From an uncultured Bdellovibrionales bacterium (GTDB lineage: Bacteria > Patescibacteriota > Minisyncoccia > Moranbacterales > UBA1568), in contig CAZQWS010000002.1 of the NCBI GenBank assembly GCA_964597355.1, positions 34,262 to 98,261 on the forward strand: DNA of 64,000 nucleotides, given 5' to 3'. How positions within the stretch are numbered: the stretch's first letter is position 1; each line of letters starts with the position of its first letter. Of this stretch, positions 26,824 through 35,991 are shown one piece after another. The position numbers and the translations under genes are program-made. The notes beneath the pieces are model-generated. The model saw only the letters and a program-made list of their open reading frames with translations. It had not been told where the DNA came from and made no database searches.

Positions 26824-27207
26824 ATGGACAAAACTTTTCAAAGAAAACGTATATTACTTATTGATGATGAGGCCTATCTGCGGGAGATTTATGATATAGA
26901 GCTCACTCAGGAGGGTTTTGAAGTGCTTTTGGCGGTCAATGGTGAAGAAGGCCTAGCGTCTATTCGGAAAGAAAAACCGGATGCTATTCTCCTCGATCTC
27001 CAAATGCCTGGGAAGAATGGTTTTGATGTGCTTCGGGCTTTGGGGGAAGATCAAGAACTCAAGATGATTCCGGTGATTGTCCTCTCGAACGCGGATGAAG
27101 AAGAGACATTCAAGAAGGTAGGTGAATTTGAAACACGCTTTTATCTCGTCAAAGCCCTCACTACCCCGCCAAAGGTAGCCAAAATTCTCCGTGAGGTGAT
27201 TAAGTAA
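26824..27207 (+). CDS. Stand-alone response-regulator receiver domain protein (CheY-like)
   Basis: 127 aa; ILLIDDEAYLREIYD...DAILLDLQMPGKNGFDVLRAL receiver signature with phospho-acceptor Asp; no output domain or adjacent kinase. Confidence 0.8.
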   Translation: MDKTFQRKRILLIDDEAYLREIYDIELTQEGFEVLLAVNGEEGLASIRKEKPDAILLDLQMPGKNGFDVLRALGEDQELKMIPVIVLSNADEEETFKKVGEFETRFYLVKALTTPPKVAKILREVIK

Positions 27208-27557
27208 GGCTAAGAAGTAAGGATTCATGAGCTAGGAGCGAGAAAGAGAAAAATCCCTATTAAGGGATTTTTTGTTTAGGTTTTGAGGATGGATGGTAAT
27301 TTTTCGTCCATTGGAATAAAACGAACCGAGAGAGAATTCACATAGTGGCGGAAAATATAGGTGTCGTCTTCAAAAAAAACGGCCATATTCGCCCTGAAAT
27401 GGGGCTTCGGTGCCTTGTTTGAAGATTATGCAACCTTCTCTTTTTGGTTAAGGCGATTGTAGGACATAGCTTTCTATAATAGTATGGTATTTTGGCTTAT
27501 CTAAGCCGTATATTTGTACACCACCCTCTTTTTAAAGGGCGCAAGTATTAAAAGCAG

Positions 27558-27586
27558 CCATTTACTGTTGACAGAATTATAAAAAT
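27558..27586 (+). promoter_or_regulatory. Consensus sigma-70 promoter upstream of the 3D-domain gene
   Basis: TTGACA (27558-27563), 17-nt spacer, TACAAT (27581-27586). Confidence 0.5.
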
Positions 27587-27681
27587 ATGCTACAATGGTC
27601 GGTCGTGGTGAAAAACCAGACTCAGTTGGATCAAGAAGTTGTTTGTTTCTCTCCCAACTGGCTTATGTGTAAAGATACTCT

Positions 27682-28224
27682 ATGCGTCTTACCAAAGTGC
27701 TGGAAGTAGCAGCTATTATCGGTATCGCCCTTCTACCTGCTTTCGTAAAGGCCGAAGTGACTACAGAGCTTCCCCTTTCGTCCCAGTATGACTTCAAAAA
27801 TGACCCCTTCCTTGTAGACTGGATCTTTATTGAGTCAGTGAAGGAGAAGGAGATTCCTCAGGAGCTTACCAAGGAAGATAAGACGCTCTTGCGTTGGAAA
27901 GAAAAGCAAGCTAAGCTCTGGGACACCATCGAATTTGGAAAAGAGTTTACGGTGAATGCTTCGGCGTATACCGCGGCTGCCGATGAATGTGGGAAGTCTG
28001 ACGGTATCACCGCTTCTGGTTTGAAAGTTGCTGAAAAACGTACGCTTGCTTGTCCTCGTGAGTTTCCTTTCGGAACCAAGCTTAAGATCGAGGGATTGGG
28101 TGAGTACCGTTGTGAAGACCGCGGTGGCGCGATCAAGGGTAACAAGATCGATATCTACGTGGAGACCAAGAAGGAGGCGTTTGCCTTCGGTCGCCAGAAC
28201 CTCACCGCTGAGATTATTCAATAA
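27682..28224 (+). CDS. Secreted 3D-domain (MltA/RlpA-like double-psi beta-barrel) cell-wall protein
   Basis: Signal peptide; 3D-domain motifs ASGLKV...LACPREFPFGTKLKIEGLGEYRCEDRGGAIKGNKIDIYVE. Confidence 0.75.
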   Translation: MRLTKVLEVAAIIGIALLPAFVKAEVTTELPLSSQYDFKNDPFLVDWIFIESVKEKEIPQELTKEDKTLLRWKEKQAKLWDTIEFGKEFTVNASAYTAAADECGKSDGITASGLKVAEKRTLACPREFPFGTKLKIEGLGEYRCEDRGGAIKGNKIDIYVETKKEAFAFGRQNLTAEIIQ

Positions 28225-28315
28225 GGAAGAAGGTCCTCTCTCAAGAGGGCCTTTTCCTTTTATTGACGCTCCCCGCTCCCTTTGCTAGGCTTCACATGTT
28301 ATAGAATAGGAATAA

Positions 28316-28386
28316 GGTCGCGTGGCCGAGCGGTTAGGCACGGGTCTGCAAAACCCTTTACTCCGGTTCAACTCCGGACGCGACCT
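28316..28386 (+). tRNA. tRNA-Cys (anticodon GCA)
   Basis: Acceptor GGTCGCG/CGCGACC, D-arm TGGCCGAGCGGTTAGGC, anticodon loop CTGCAAA, T-arm TCCGGTTCAACTCCGGA. Confidence 0.7.
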
Positions 28387-28458
28387 CTAAGTTTATTAGA
28401 GTGACGGCCCGCCCCGTCTTCAACTCTGGCGGATAAAAATGGTACACATTAAAAATTC

Positions 28459-28540
28459 GGGCGAGTGGTGGAATGGTATACACGCGACACTTAAAATGTT
28501 GTGCCCAAAAGGCATGAGGGTTCGAGTCCCTCCTCGCCCA
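28459..28540 (+). tRNA. tRNA-Leu (anticodon TAA)
   Basis: Acceptor GGGCGAG/CTCGCCC, anticodon loop CTTAAAA, long variable arm TGCCCAAAAGGCA, T-loop GGTTCGAGTCC. Confidence 0.75.
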
Positions 28541-28573
28541 CCTTTGCTACAATAAAGAAAAAGAAATATACAT

Positions 28574-29680
28574 ATGGGCTTGGCTGCCTTTTTGATCATT
28601 ATCCAATCTTTGATTCTTTTGGTGCACTGGATCGTGTTTCGATCCATGGCACACTATTTTTCTTTTGACAGCGTAACCACCCAATTCTTTTGTGGGTTTT
28701 TTGTTCTACTCTCATTTTCATTCTTGTTTTCCAATATCTCTACCCGTTTCTTTCCAGGCACCTTTACCCGCTTCCTGTATTTTTTTTCTGCTATCTGGTT
28801 AGGCACTATCCATTTTCTTTTCCTTGGAGCGGTAGCCATAGCTCTTCTCCAACTGGCTTCCAGTTTTCTTCTTCTCCCCATGCCAGTTTGGGTAGTCTAT
28901 ACCCTCTATCTCGCAGCTTTTTTCTTGAGCTTGATTAGCCTCTCACAGTCTTATGATATTCACGTAACCAGAAAATCAGTTGCTCTCCCCAATCTTCCCA
29001 GTGCATGGCAAGGTAAGAAAACGGTATTCTTTGCGGATACGCATTATGGCAGTATCCATCGTGAGCGAGTGGCGATGGAGACTGTCAGATTGATTGAAAA
29101 AGAAAATCCATCACTCATCCTCATGGGAGGAGACTTCTTCGATGGTCCGCCAATTAATCCAGATCTGGTCACTCATCCCTATCGAGAACTGGCGAAAAAA
29201 GTAACCACCTTTTTTGTTTCGGGAAACCATGAAGAGTACGGTAAAAAAGCAGACTTTCTACGTTCGCTTGAAGAGCATGGTTTTCGAATTGTGAATGATA
29301 AAAAAGTAGTGGTGGATGGCCTGCAAATTGTTGGCCTCGATTTTATGACGACCCGTACTCATGCTGCGACCGAAATGACTTTGAAACACCTAGAGCTCGA
29401 TCGCAATCTGCCCACTATCGTGTTGAAACATATTCCTCGTCATATGGAAGCTATTGAAGCGGCTGGCGGACACCTCATGCTTTCCGGTCACACCCACCAG
29501 GGCCAAGTCTGGCCAGCGAGTCTCATCACCCGCTACATCTACCGTGGGTACGATTATGGTTTGAAGGCATATAAAAACTTGCAGGTCTATACCACGAGCG
29601 GTACTGGCAGTTGGGGACCACCACAGCGTTTTGGTACCCAAGCAGAAATCGTGGTGTTTACCCTTGAAGAAAAGAAGTAA
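28574..29680 (+). CDS. Membrane-anchored calcineurin-like metallophosphoesterase
   Basis: N-terminal TM helices; phosphoesterase motifs FFADTHYG, GGDFFDG, GNHE, SGHTHQG. Confidence 0.8.
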   Translation: MGLAAFLIIIQSLILLVHWIVFRSMAHYFSFDSVTTQFFCGFFVLLSFSFLFSNISTRFFPGTFTRFLYFFSAIWLGTIHFLFLGAVAIALLQLASSFLLLPMPVWVVYTLYLAAFFLSLISLSQSYDIHVTRKSVALPNLPSAWQGKKTVFFADTHYGSIHRERVAMETVRLIEKENPSLILMGGDFFDGPPINPDLVTHPYRELAKKVTTFFVSGNHEEYGKKADFLRSLEEHGFRIVNDKKVVVDGLQIVGLDFMTTRTHAATEMTLKHLELDRNLPTIVLKHIPRHMEAIEAAGGHLMLSGHTHQGQVWPASLITRYIYRGYDYGLKAYKNLQVYTTSGTGSWGPPQRFGTQAEIVVFTLEEKK

Positions 29681-29783
29681 AAGTTCTAGACGGGAAAACT
29701 TTTTCTTGATACACTTCCTTTTCTAGTCCAGCACTCCTCTCAGGAGAGCTTTTACCAACTCGCTGTTTTGAGAGGAGTGAAGC

Positions 29784-30359
29784 ATGAACATTTATAGATT
29801 AGCTCTCGATTTCGATGATGTTGTCACTGAAACCGGTGACCTGGTTCGGAGATTATTCTTTGAACGAGGGATCGAACTCCCGAAACATGTCTACCGTTTC
29901 TCGGATTGGCAAAATCCATCTTTTTCGGAAGATGAGTTTCTTGGTATTGTCCGTAGTGCGGTGACATCGCTCGAGTGGACAGAACATGTGCAAGCTGTTC
30001 CTGGTGCCGTTGAAGGAATTCTTGATCTCCGTTCTCTAGGAATAGAAGCTAACGTTTTGACGGCAAGAGGTAAGTGGACAGGAGACCTTATCTTTGTGGA
30101 CCGTGTTCTCGAGCGTTTGGATCTCGCACATCTTTCTGTGGTAGGTACGGGTGGCCAACCGAAGGGCAATTTCATTGATGGTCATACGCTCGCTCTTGAT
30201 GATCGTGAAAACGAACTCTTGAGTATGCCCAGCCATGTCCATCGGTTGCTTTTCCGGCGACCGCACAACGAAGCATTTTGGCAGCAGCCAACCCATGGCA
30301 TCATCCCTGTCCGGGATTGGCCGCATGTAGTTGAGGTGATCCGAAACCTTGTCCGCTGA
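29784..30359 (+). CDS. HAD-superfamily 5'(3')-deoxyribonucleotidase-like protein
   Basis: N-terminal DxDxV/T motif (LDFDDVVTE); size and layout as in the NT5C family. Confidence 0.5.
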   Translation: MNIYRLALDFDDVVTETGDLVRRLFFERGIELPKHVYRFSDWQNPSFSEDEFLGIVRSAVTSLEWTEHVQAVPGAVEGILDLRSLGIEANVLTARGKWTGDLIFVDRVLERLDLAHLSVVGTGGQPKGNFIDGHTLALDDRENELLSMPSHVHRLLFRRPHNEAFWQQPTHGIIPVRDWPHVVEVIRNLVR

Positions 30360-30447
30360 GAGATGTATCCGTGATGGAAGAAGAGACTGTTGACGCAAGC
30401 GTGTTGGCAGTCTCAATTTTTTTATCATAAGTTGCTACTCACCAAAA

Positions 30448-30906
30448 CTACGGCCGTGGTTTTGGTGAGTAAGTGTGGGAGACAGTTGGAGGAATTGAAG
30501 GCTCACTCCCTCTTTTGATCTGGTTGATGATCTTAGTGAGTTCTGAAAAGAAAAAAGCCCGGAGTTTCGGGCGGGAAAATAGGGTCGGACGTTGCGATTT
30601 CGGTGGTGGATTGGGTGGCTGGGGCTTTTCGTTGATTAGCGCTTCCAGCCAGCTGACGAATTGCTCATTTCGTTCTATCCAGGGATGTGCAGCGATATAC
30701 CTTTCATAGGCATTTAGGTGCTTTCGCACGAGAGCCTGGGCATAGGGCCATTCGCCAACGTAGTAATTGGGATTGGCGAGCCGCCAGTTTCGGAGCGCTT
30801 CGCCTGTGTCACAGTACTCGCACGTTGCTTGGTGTACCCATTCTTCGTGTTCCCTCACGTAGCGCATGAAGAGACAAAGGAGGAGAAGACCGAGAACCAT
30901 GTCCAT
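30448..30906 (-). CDS. Hypothetical protein
   Basis: 152-aa ORF co-oriented with the udg/nrnA/rbfA block; Pro-rich C-terminus; no family recognised. Confidence 0.35.
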   Translation of the reverse strand: MDMVLGLLLLCLFMRYVREHEEWVHQATCEYCDTGEALRNWRLANPNYYVGEWPYAQALVRKHLNAYERYIAAHPWIERNEQFVSWLEALINEKPQPPNPPPKSQRPTLFSRPKLRAFFFSELTKIINQIKRGSEPSIPPTVSHTYSPKPRP

Positions 30907-30935
30907 GATAAACCTCTTTTAAAAGGGCGATTGAC

Positions 30936-31556
30936 CTACTTGTTTGCCAACTGGTTGATAACCTTTGGAATTTTTTTGAAATCCTCGATGAGTGTAGCAC
31001 GCATGGAGCCGTTGTAAAGAGCGGCCGCCGGATGATAGAGGGCGAAGAAAACTTGCTCACCGATATCATCAAACTTTCGGCGAAAAGCCTGGCCGTGGAC
31101 TTCAGAAATTTTCTTACCAGGAATGAAATGTTCGAGGGCGTGACGGCCGAGGGTGACAATGATTTTTGGTTGGATAGTTTTGATCTGCTCATGGAGCCAC
31201 GGCATGCAAGCATCGATTTCTTCCGGTTCGGGATCACGATTATTAGGCGGCCGATACTTGACCACATTGGTAATATAAATGTCTTCGCGTTTGAGATTGA
31301 TCGTGGTGAGCATTTCAGCGAGAAACTTTCCAGCCGCTCCGACAAAGGGTTTCCCTTGCTCGTCTTCGTTTTTGCCAGGCGCTTCACCGACAAACATGAT
31401 CTCAGCGTTGGCACTACCATCCCCTGGTACAGCTTGGATCGCTGTCTCGCGTAATTTACAAGGACACTCGAGGATCATCCGAGTATTGAGGAGTTGGAGT
31501 TGTGTTTCTTTGTCCATAACTTTAGACAATACTCCATCCAAGTTCGTTTTCGACAA
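30936..31556 (-). CDS. Uracil-DNA glycosylase, family 4
   Basis: Family-4 motif MFVGEAPGKNEDEQGKPFVGAAGKFL; HPAAALY region. Confidence 0.8.
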   Translation of the reverse strand: MSKTNLDGVLSKVMDKETQLQLLNTRMILECPCKLRETAIQAVPGDGSANAEIMFVGEAPGKNEDEQGKPFVGAAGKFLAEMLTTINLKREDIYITNVVKYRPPNNRDPEPEEIDACMPWLHEQIKTIQPKIIVTLGRHALEHFIPGKKISEVHGQAFRRKFDDIGEQVFFALYHPAAALYNGSMRATLIEDFKKIPKVINQLANK

Positions 31557-32490
31557 TCTTTCCTTTTACTTCAAAGCCACTGGCCATCTTGTGTCCTCCC
31601 CCACCCATCTTGTGGGCGATCTCGGAGACATCGACACCGTAGTGTTCGGAAGCTCGCAAACTGCCGCGGACGGTTTCCTCATCTCGCTCGGAAAGAACCA
31701 GGGCGAACTTGGCTTCAGGAACGGTGGAAAGGATGGAGGCCACTTGATAAATATCATCCGGAGTAGCTTCACATTCAGTGATATCATACTGGGTCACAGC
31801 AGTTACGAGGAGGCCGCTCTCTGGCACAAAGCGAGCTTTTTCGAAGGCTTTGCCCCACAGTTTCATGGCAGAAATTTGTTTGTTGGTAAAAAGCGTGTTC
31901 GATATTTTGGCGAGGGGTGCGCCGAGTTTCATCAGGTGTGATGCGATGTCCATGACCTGAGGCGACACGCTTGAGTGCTGGAAGTTGCCAGTGTCAAAGA
32001 GAATGCCCGTAAGAAGGGCGGTAGCGATCGGTCGAGTAACTTTGGCCTGAATATGGTTCAAGAAAAGATAAACGATTTCACTCGACGAAGAATACTTCGG
32101 ATCAATCATTACCACGTCTCCTGTAAGAGAAATATCGGGGTGGTGATCAATGAGCGTTACGACTTGATTCTCGTTGACGCGATCAGTGAGAAGATGAAAC
32201 CCGCGATCGACTGAGTCTGCGGCGATGATAGCATCAAATTCATTCCAGTTAACTTGGTCTGGATGGTAGAATTCTGTTTTCTCAAAAAGCGAACGGAGTG
32301 GTTCTGGAAAAGGATCAAAGCAAACGATAGTTGCCTTTTTTCCGATAGATTCAAGGTAGCCCCGCATAGCCACATTGGCGCCAACCGTATCAGGATCGGG
32401 ACGTTTGTGAGCAACCAGGAGAAAATGCTCGCCATTTTCAATGACGTACTCTAATGTGCGAAATTCTTTACCAAAGTAGCGCATGTTCAT
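31522..32490 (-). CDS. nrnA: DHH/DHHA1 phosphoesterase (NrnA-like nanoRNase / pAp phosphatase)
   Basis: DHH motif region and DHHA1 GGGH motif (MGGGGHKMASGF). Confidence 0.8.
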   Translation of the reverse strand: MNMRYFGKEFRTLEYVIENGEHFLLVAHKRPDPDTVGANVAMRGYLESIGKKATIVCFDPFPEPLRSLFEKTEFYHPDQVNWNEFDAIIAADSVDRGFHLLTDRVNENQVVTLIDHHPDISLTGDVVMIDPKYSSSSEIVYLFLNHIQAKVTRPIATALLTGILFDTGNFQHSSVSPQVMDIASHLMKLGAPLAKISNTLFTNKQISAMKLWGKAFEKARFVPESGLLVTAVTQYDITECEATPDDIYQVASILSTVPEAKFALVLSERDEETVRGSLRASEHYGVDVSEIAHKMGGGGHKMASGFEVKGKIVENELGWSIV

Positions 32491-32500
32491 TGAGTCAGAG

Positions 32501-32839
32501 TTATTCGGTGTGAATTTGTTTCAAAATTTTTTCAATTTCGTCGAGCCCACGATTGGTAACGTCGAGAGCGAAGCTGAGTTTGGGTAGCGGCCGTGTACCC
32601 ATGCGGCTATGGAGGGCTCGTTCCAGGGTTCCCCGCTCGTGGGAAAGAGTTTTGAGTACATACTGAGTCTCGCTTTCAGGGAAAGTGCTAATGAATACTT
32701 TGGTCGAGCGGAGGTTGGGAGCGGTATCTACCCTGACAATAGTGGCCAACACTCCTTGCTTCAGGGAGACCTCGCGTTCCAGAAGTTCTCCCATAAGGGA
32801 GTGAATCAGCTCATTGATTTTGATAATGCGTTCAGACAT
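32501..32839 (-). CDS. rbfA: Ribosome-binding factor A
   Basis: 112 aa; MSERIIKINELIHSLMGELLERE... KH-like RbfA fold. Confidence 0.85.
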   Translation of the reverse strand: MSERIIKINELIHSLMGELLEREVSLKQGVLATIVRVDTAPNLRSTKVFISTFPESETQYVLKTLSHERGTLERALHSRMGTRPLPKLSFALDVTNRGLDEIEKILKQIHTE

Positions 32840-32881
32840 AGTGGTGGATAACCTTGTATAAGTGACTAAAATGGCTTATTA

Positions 32882-32953
32882 GTGCCCCCACCAGGAATCG
32901 AACCCAGATCGTTCCCTTAGGACGGGACAGCTCTATCCATTGAGCTACAGGGG
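32882..32953 (-). tRNA. tRNA-Arg (anticodon CCT)
   Basis: Reverse complement folds: acceptor GCCCCTG/TGGGGGC, D-arm TAGCTCAATGGATAGAGC, anticodon loop GTCCTAA, T-loop GGTTCGATTCC. Confidence 0.65.
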
Positions 32954-33130
32954 CAAATAATATGACGGATTCACTGAGAGAGAGGGTCAGTCTAGCAAGG
33001 ATTCTCGTTTCGATCAACACTCATTATTCTATCTTACGTTCTTTCTCCCAAAACAAAAAATCCAGATCGAAAGGATTTGGAAGTTTGTTTGGATTGAGTA
33101 GTCCGTTAGCTAGCAGAGAATCAAATTTGG

Positions 33131-33203
33131 TGGACCATGCCGGATTCGAACCGGCCACCCCTTCCATGCCATGGAAGTGCTCTACCAAATGAGCTAATGG
33201 CCC
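33131..33203 (-). tRNA. tRNA-Ala (anticodon GGC), CCA encoded
   Basis: Reverse complement: acceptor GGGCCAT/ATGGTCC with G3-U70, anticodon stem CTTCC/GGAAG with loop ATGGCAT, T-loop GGTTCGAATCC. Confidence 0.7.
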
Positions 33204-33313
33204 AAAAATTCTAGTACTCTCTTATCATAGAGACTTTTTTCTATTCGTCAACGGTAAAAAGATGAAGAAGATATAAAGTGGCTTAAGTAAGCATTTTTTA
33301 TAGAATTTACCCT

Positions 33314-34687
33314 GTGATTGCTCGGCGAATGATGGTATACTGTGAAACTATGTATACGCTGTTAAGAGAATTATTATGGGGAGAGAGAGCTTACCTTACT
33401 TATTGGTATGCTTTCTTGCTATCTTTCCCCTTCTCTTGGCGTAAAGTTATCTCCCCATCGGTTACAGGAGGGTCTTTTAACGAATACTTGGATCTTTCTC
33501 TTTATGTAGGAGACAGTCTCATTCTAGTAGCATTTATACTAATACTAAAACACGAAAATAGTAGAAAGTCAATATTAAGTAGTACTAAAATGTTCCACGT
33601 GGAACATTGGTTAGGAGTTATATTTGTTCTATACATCCTATGTTCATTTTTTTGGTCGGAAAATAAATGGCTCTGGATAGACGGAATTGTAAGCCTTATT
33701 CGTATTATTGCAATTCTCTCAATCTTTATTTTTACTTTTAAACTGGATAAAGAACAAGATGATTGTTCCACGTGGAACAATTTAAAGTATTTTACTTTTA
33801 TTATCGCACTCTCTCTTTTACTGCAGTCATTTGTAGGTATTTCACAATTTATACATAATCGATCGATTGGTCTTGGCGTCATTGGAGAGAGTAGTTTAAA
33901 TCAGTATACAGATGGGGTGGCAAAAATTGATTTTGATACATTTAAACAGATACGTGCTTACGGTACATTTCTGCATCCCAATGTGTTTTCTGGATATTTA
34001 GTTGTGAGTATACTGTTTGTTTTGACCTATTTACGTTTAAAAAGTGGAAAAATGTTCCACGTGGAACAATTTCTTCTCTACTTCAGTGTTTTATTGGCTA
34101 CATTAGGCCTAATTTTTACTTTTTCAAAGATTGCAATAGTTTCATTTTGTATAATGATAGGATGGTATTTGTTCCACGTGGAACAAATACATTTGAAAAA
34201 AATGTTCCACGTGGAACATTTATTTTTTTTAATGGCTTTAGTAGGGTTTTTGTTGGTCATGTTTATTTTAGGAAGAGATCAGATATTAAAGTCAATATAT
34301 GAAAGGCTTTTTATTTTTCATATACAACCAATACAGGGGGAAGAATTGCTTTTTGGTAAAGGAATGGGGCAGTCTGTCTATGCCTTGAGTGAAAATCACC
34401 CGAATTTAGAAAATTGGCAGTTGCAGCCAATCCATAATGTTTACCTTCTTATTATTTATGAAATTGGTTTATTCGGTTTTAGTATACTGTCTTATTTGAT
34501 ATTTGTGTATATACAAAATGTTCCACGTGGAACAAGTAGTCTTTTTTATGTTCCGATACTCATAATAGGAACTATCGCAATTTTTGATCACTACCTATGG
34601 GATATCTATGTTGGTCAGGTGTTGCTTGCTTTGGGATTTGGGTGGACTGTAGTAGGAGCATATATAGATATTGACAAAAATCAATAA
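33314..34687 (+). CDS. O-antigen ligase-like (Wzy_C family) membrane protein carrying six in-frame parS palindromes
   Basis: 457 aa, AT-rich, multi-TM; Wzy_C-like IRAYGTFLHPNVFSGYL and IHNVYLLIIYEIGLFGF; interrupted by short peptide insertions KMFHVEHW, DCSTWNN, KMFHVEQF, LFHVEQI, KMFHVEHL, NVPRGTS encoded by the repeated palindrome. Confidence 0.6.
   Translation: MIARRMMVYCETMYTLLRELLWGERAYLTYWYAFLLSFPFSWRKVISPSVTGGSFNEYLDLSLYVGDSLILVAFILILKHENSRKSILSSTKMFHVEHWLGVIFVLYILCSFFWSENKWLWIDGIVSLIRIIAILSIFIFTFKLDKEQDDCSTWNNLKYFTFIIALSLLLQSFVGISQFIHNRSIGLGVIGESSLNQYTDGVAKIDFDTFKQIRAYGTFLHPNVFSGYLVVSILFVLTYLRLKSGKMFHVEQFLLYFSVLLATLGLIFTFSKIAIVSFCIMIGWYLFHVEQIHLKKMFHVEHLFFLMALVGFLLVMFILGRDQILKSIYERLFIFHIQPIQGEELLFGKGMGQSVYALSENHPNLENWQLQPIHNVYLLIIYEIGLFGFSILSYLIFVYIQNVPRGTSSLFYVPILIIGTIAIFDHYLWDIYVGQVLLALGFGWTVVGAYIDIDKNQ
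33591..33606. repeat. parS-like 16-bp perfect palindrome TGTTCCACGTGGAACA, copy 1
   Basis: Exact palindrome; extended form AATGTTCCACGTGGAACATT; starts at codon position 2, giving MFHVEH. Confidence 0.7.
33764..33779. repeat. parS-like palindrome TGTTCCACGTGGAACA, copy 2
   Basis: Extended ATTGTTCCACGTGGAACAAT; codon position 1, giving CSTWN. Confidence 0.7.
34053..34068. repeat. parS-like palindrome TGTTCCACGTGGAACA, copy 3
   Basis: AAATGTTCCACGTGGAACAATTT; codon position 2, giving MFHVEQ. Confidence 0.7.
34170..34185. repeat. parS-like palindrome TGTTCCACGTGGAACA, copy 4
   Basis: 22-bp perfect palindrome ATTTGTTCCACGTGGAACAAAT; codon position 2, giving LFHVEQ. Confidence 0.7.
34203..34218. 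repeat. parS-like palindrome TGTTCCACGTGGAACA, copy 5
   Basis: 22-bp perfect palindrome AAATGTTCCACGTGGAACATTT, only 17 bp after copy 4; codon position 2, giving MFHVEH. Confidence 0.7.
34519..34534. repeat. parS-like palindrome TGTTCCACGTGGAACA, copy 6
   Basis: AAATGTTCCACGTGGAACAAGT; codon position 3, giving VPRGT. Confidence 0.7.
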
Positions 34688-34921
34688 ATATTGCATTGAA
34701 TTATTATTTTCCATTAGATTGTTAGTGGCGAGGTTTCAATGGAGTAATCTTGAAGAAAGAGGAGTTGTGTTAATAAAGATGTCTTTGTTGGTACAACGTT
34801 AGAGTGAGAAGTTCTTTGGAAATATATTTTTTTAAAAAAGCTTTTAGATAGAGCATATATGGTTGAGGATTATGTGTATTTAAAAAATAAATAGTAGCAG
34901 AGCTTCTGATTGTAGAGAGCT

Positions 34922-34930
34922 TGGTATAAT
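34922..34930 (+). promoter_or_regulatory. Extended -10 element TGGTATAAT upstream of the 35008 gene
   Basis: TGnTATAAT in the AT-rich spacer about 78 nt upstream of the ATG. Confidence 0.35.
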
Positions 34931-35007
34931 TAGCTAGAAAGAAAGAATCTATCTGAGCTATGGTACTCTGTTTAGTGTGATGATATACTGAATCTGTCCA
35001 AAACAAT

Positions 35008-35985
35008 ATGGGATTTTCGATCAAAACAAAAATTTGGAATGGAAGTTTTTTTGTTTTTCTTTTTATCACTCTTTTTTCGTTTGGTTTGGTGGTGATGGCT
35101 GATGAATCAGAAACTCTTACTGCGTACTTTGAGGATGCTGATCAGGATGGTCTCTCGGCTGAAGAGGAAAAAGCTTTTGGAACCGATCCAGCAAATAGCG
35201 ATACTGACGGAGATAGTTATTCGGATGGTGTAGAAATCGAAAGTGGTTATGATCCACTCAAGCCAGCTCCTGGAGATCGAATCACTCCTGAAGTGACTAC
35301 GGAATCTGAAACAGTCGGTCCTAACGTTGTTAATTTGACTGATATAGCTTCTGATGAGTTGGTTGCTTTGGTTGAGGAGAAACAAGCGTCCCAGGAAGAA
35401 CTGACCCCGGATGACTTGAATGCGGCAGTGGCGAAGGTACTGGAAAATGCCAATGAAGAGGTGGTGCTTCCAGAGGTGGGTGTTGATAAAATAAAAATAA
35501 AAGAGTTGTCTGATAAGCTCGAAGAAACAGAAAAGAAATTGAAACAGAAAGAAGATACGCTTGAGTATTTGACGACGATGAGTTATATACTCATGAGCAA
35601 TTCTCCGGTAACGATACGCTCCGAAGAAGATGTACCGGGACTTTTGACCAAAGGAGCGCAGGATCTTGTTGTTGCTTTGACAACAGGAAACTTTGCTATG
35701 TTTGAGGACATCAAAGCTAAAAGCGACAAAGTTTTGGAAGAGATTCAAGCCGTCGAAGTGCCGGAAAATATGATAGGGACGCATGTCAAAGCTATTCAAA
35801 TTGTCACTCTCGTCTTAACCCTTGGAGAGAAAATGAAAGCCGTAGATCCGACCAATGATCCTATTGGCCAGATGTTAGAGCTGTCTAAATTACAGGGGGC
35901 TTTATTTACGATGCAAAATTTCCTTGATGAATCAACTGAAAAAATGACAGAGATCGGTATTACTAATATCCCTCTCGACTTTTAG
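35008..35985 (+). CDS. Membrane-anchored acidic surface protein with N-terminal Asp-rich Ca-binding-like repeats, then coiled-coil
   Basis: TM anchor then DADQDGLSAEEEKAFGTDPANSDTDGDSYSDGVEIESGYDPLKP (DxDxDG repeats); KE-rich coiled-coil segment. Confidence 0.5.
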   Translation: MGFSIKTKIWNGSFFVFLFITLFSFGLVVMADESETLTAYFEDADQDGLSAEEEKAFGTDPANSDTDGDSYSDGVEIESGYDPLKPAPGDRITPEVTTESETVGPNVVNLTDIASDELVALVEEKQASQEELTPDDLNAAVAKVLENANEEVVLPEVGVDKIKIKELSDKLEETEKKLKQKEDTLEYLTTMSYILMSNSPVTIRSEEDVPGLLTKGAQDLVVALTTGNFAMFEDIKAKSDKVLEEIQAVEVPENMIGTHVKAIQIVTLVLTLGEKMKAVDPTNDPIGQMLELSKLQGALFTMQNFLDESTEKMTEIGITNIPLDF

Positions 35986-35991
35986 CGTACT

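Noticed and set aside
28420-28647. 75-aa minus-strand ORF
   Set aside because: Overlaps tRNA-Leu(TAA) and the start of the metallophosphoesterase gene; spurious.
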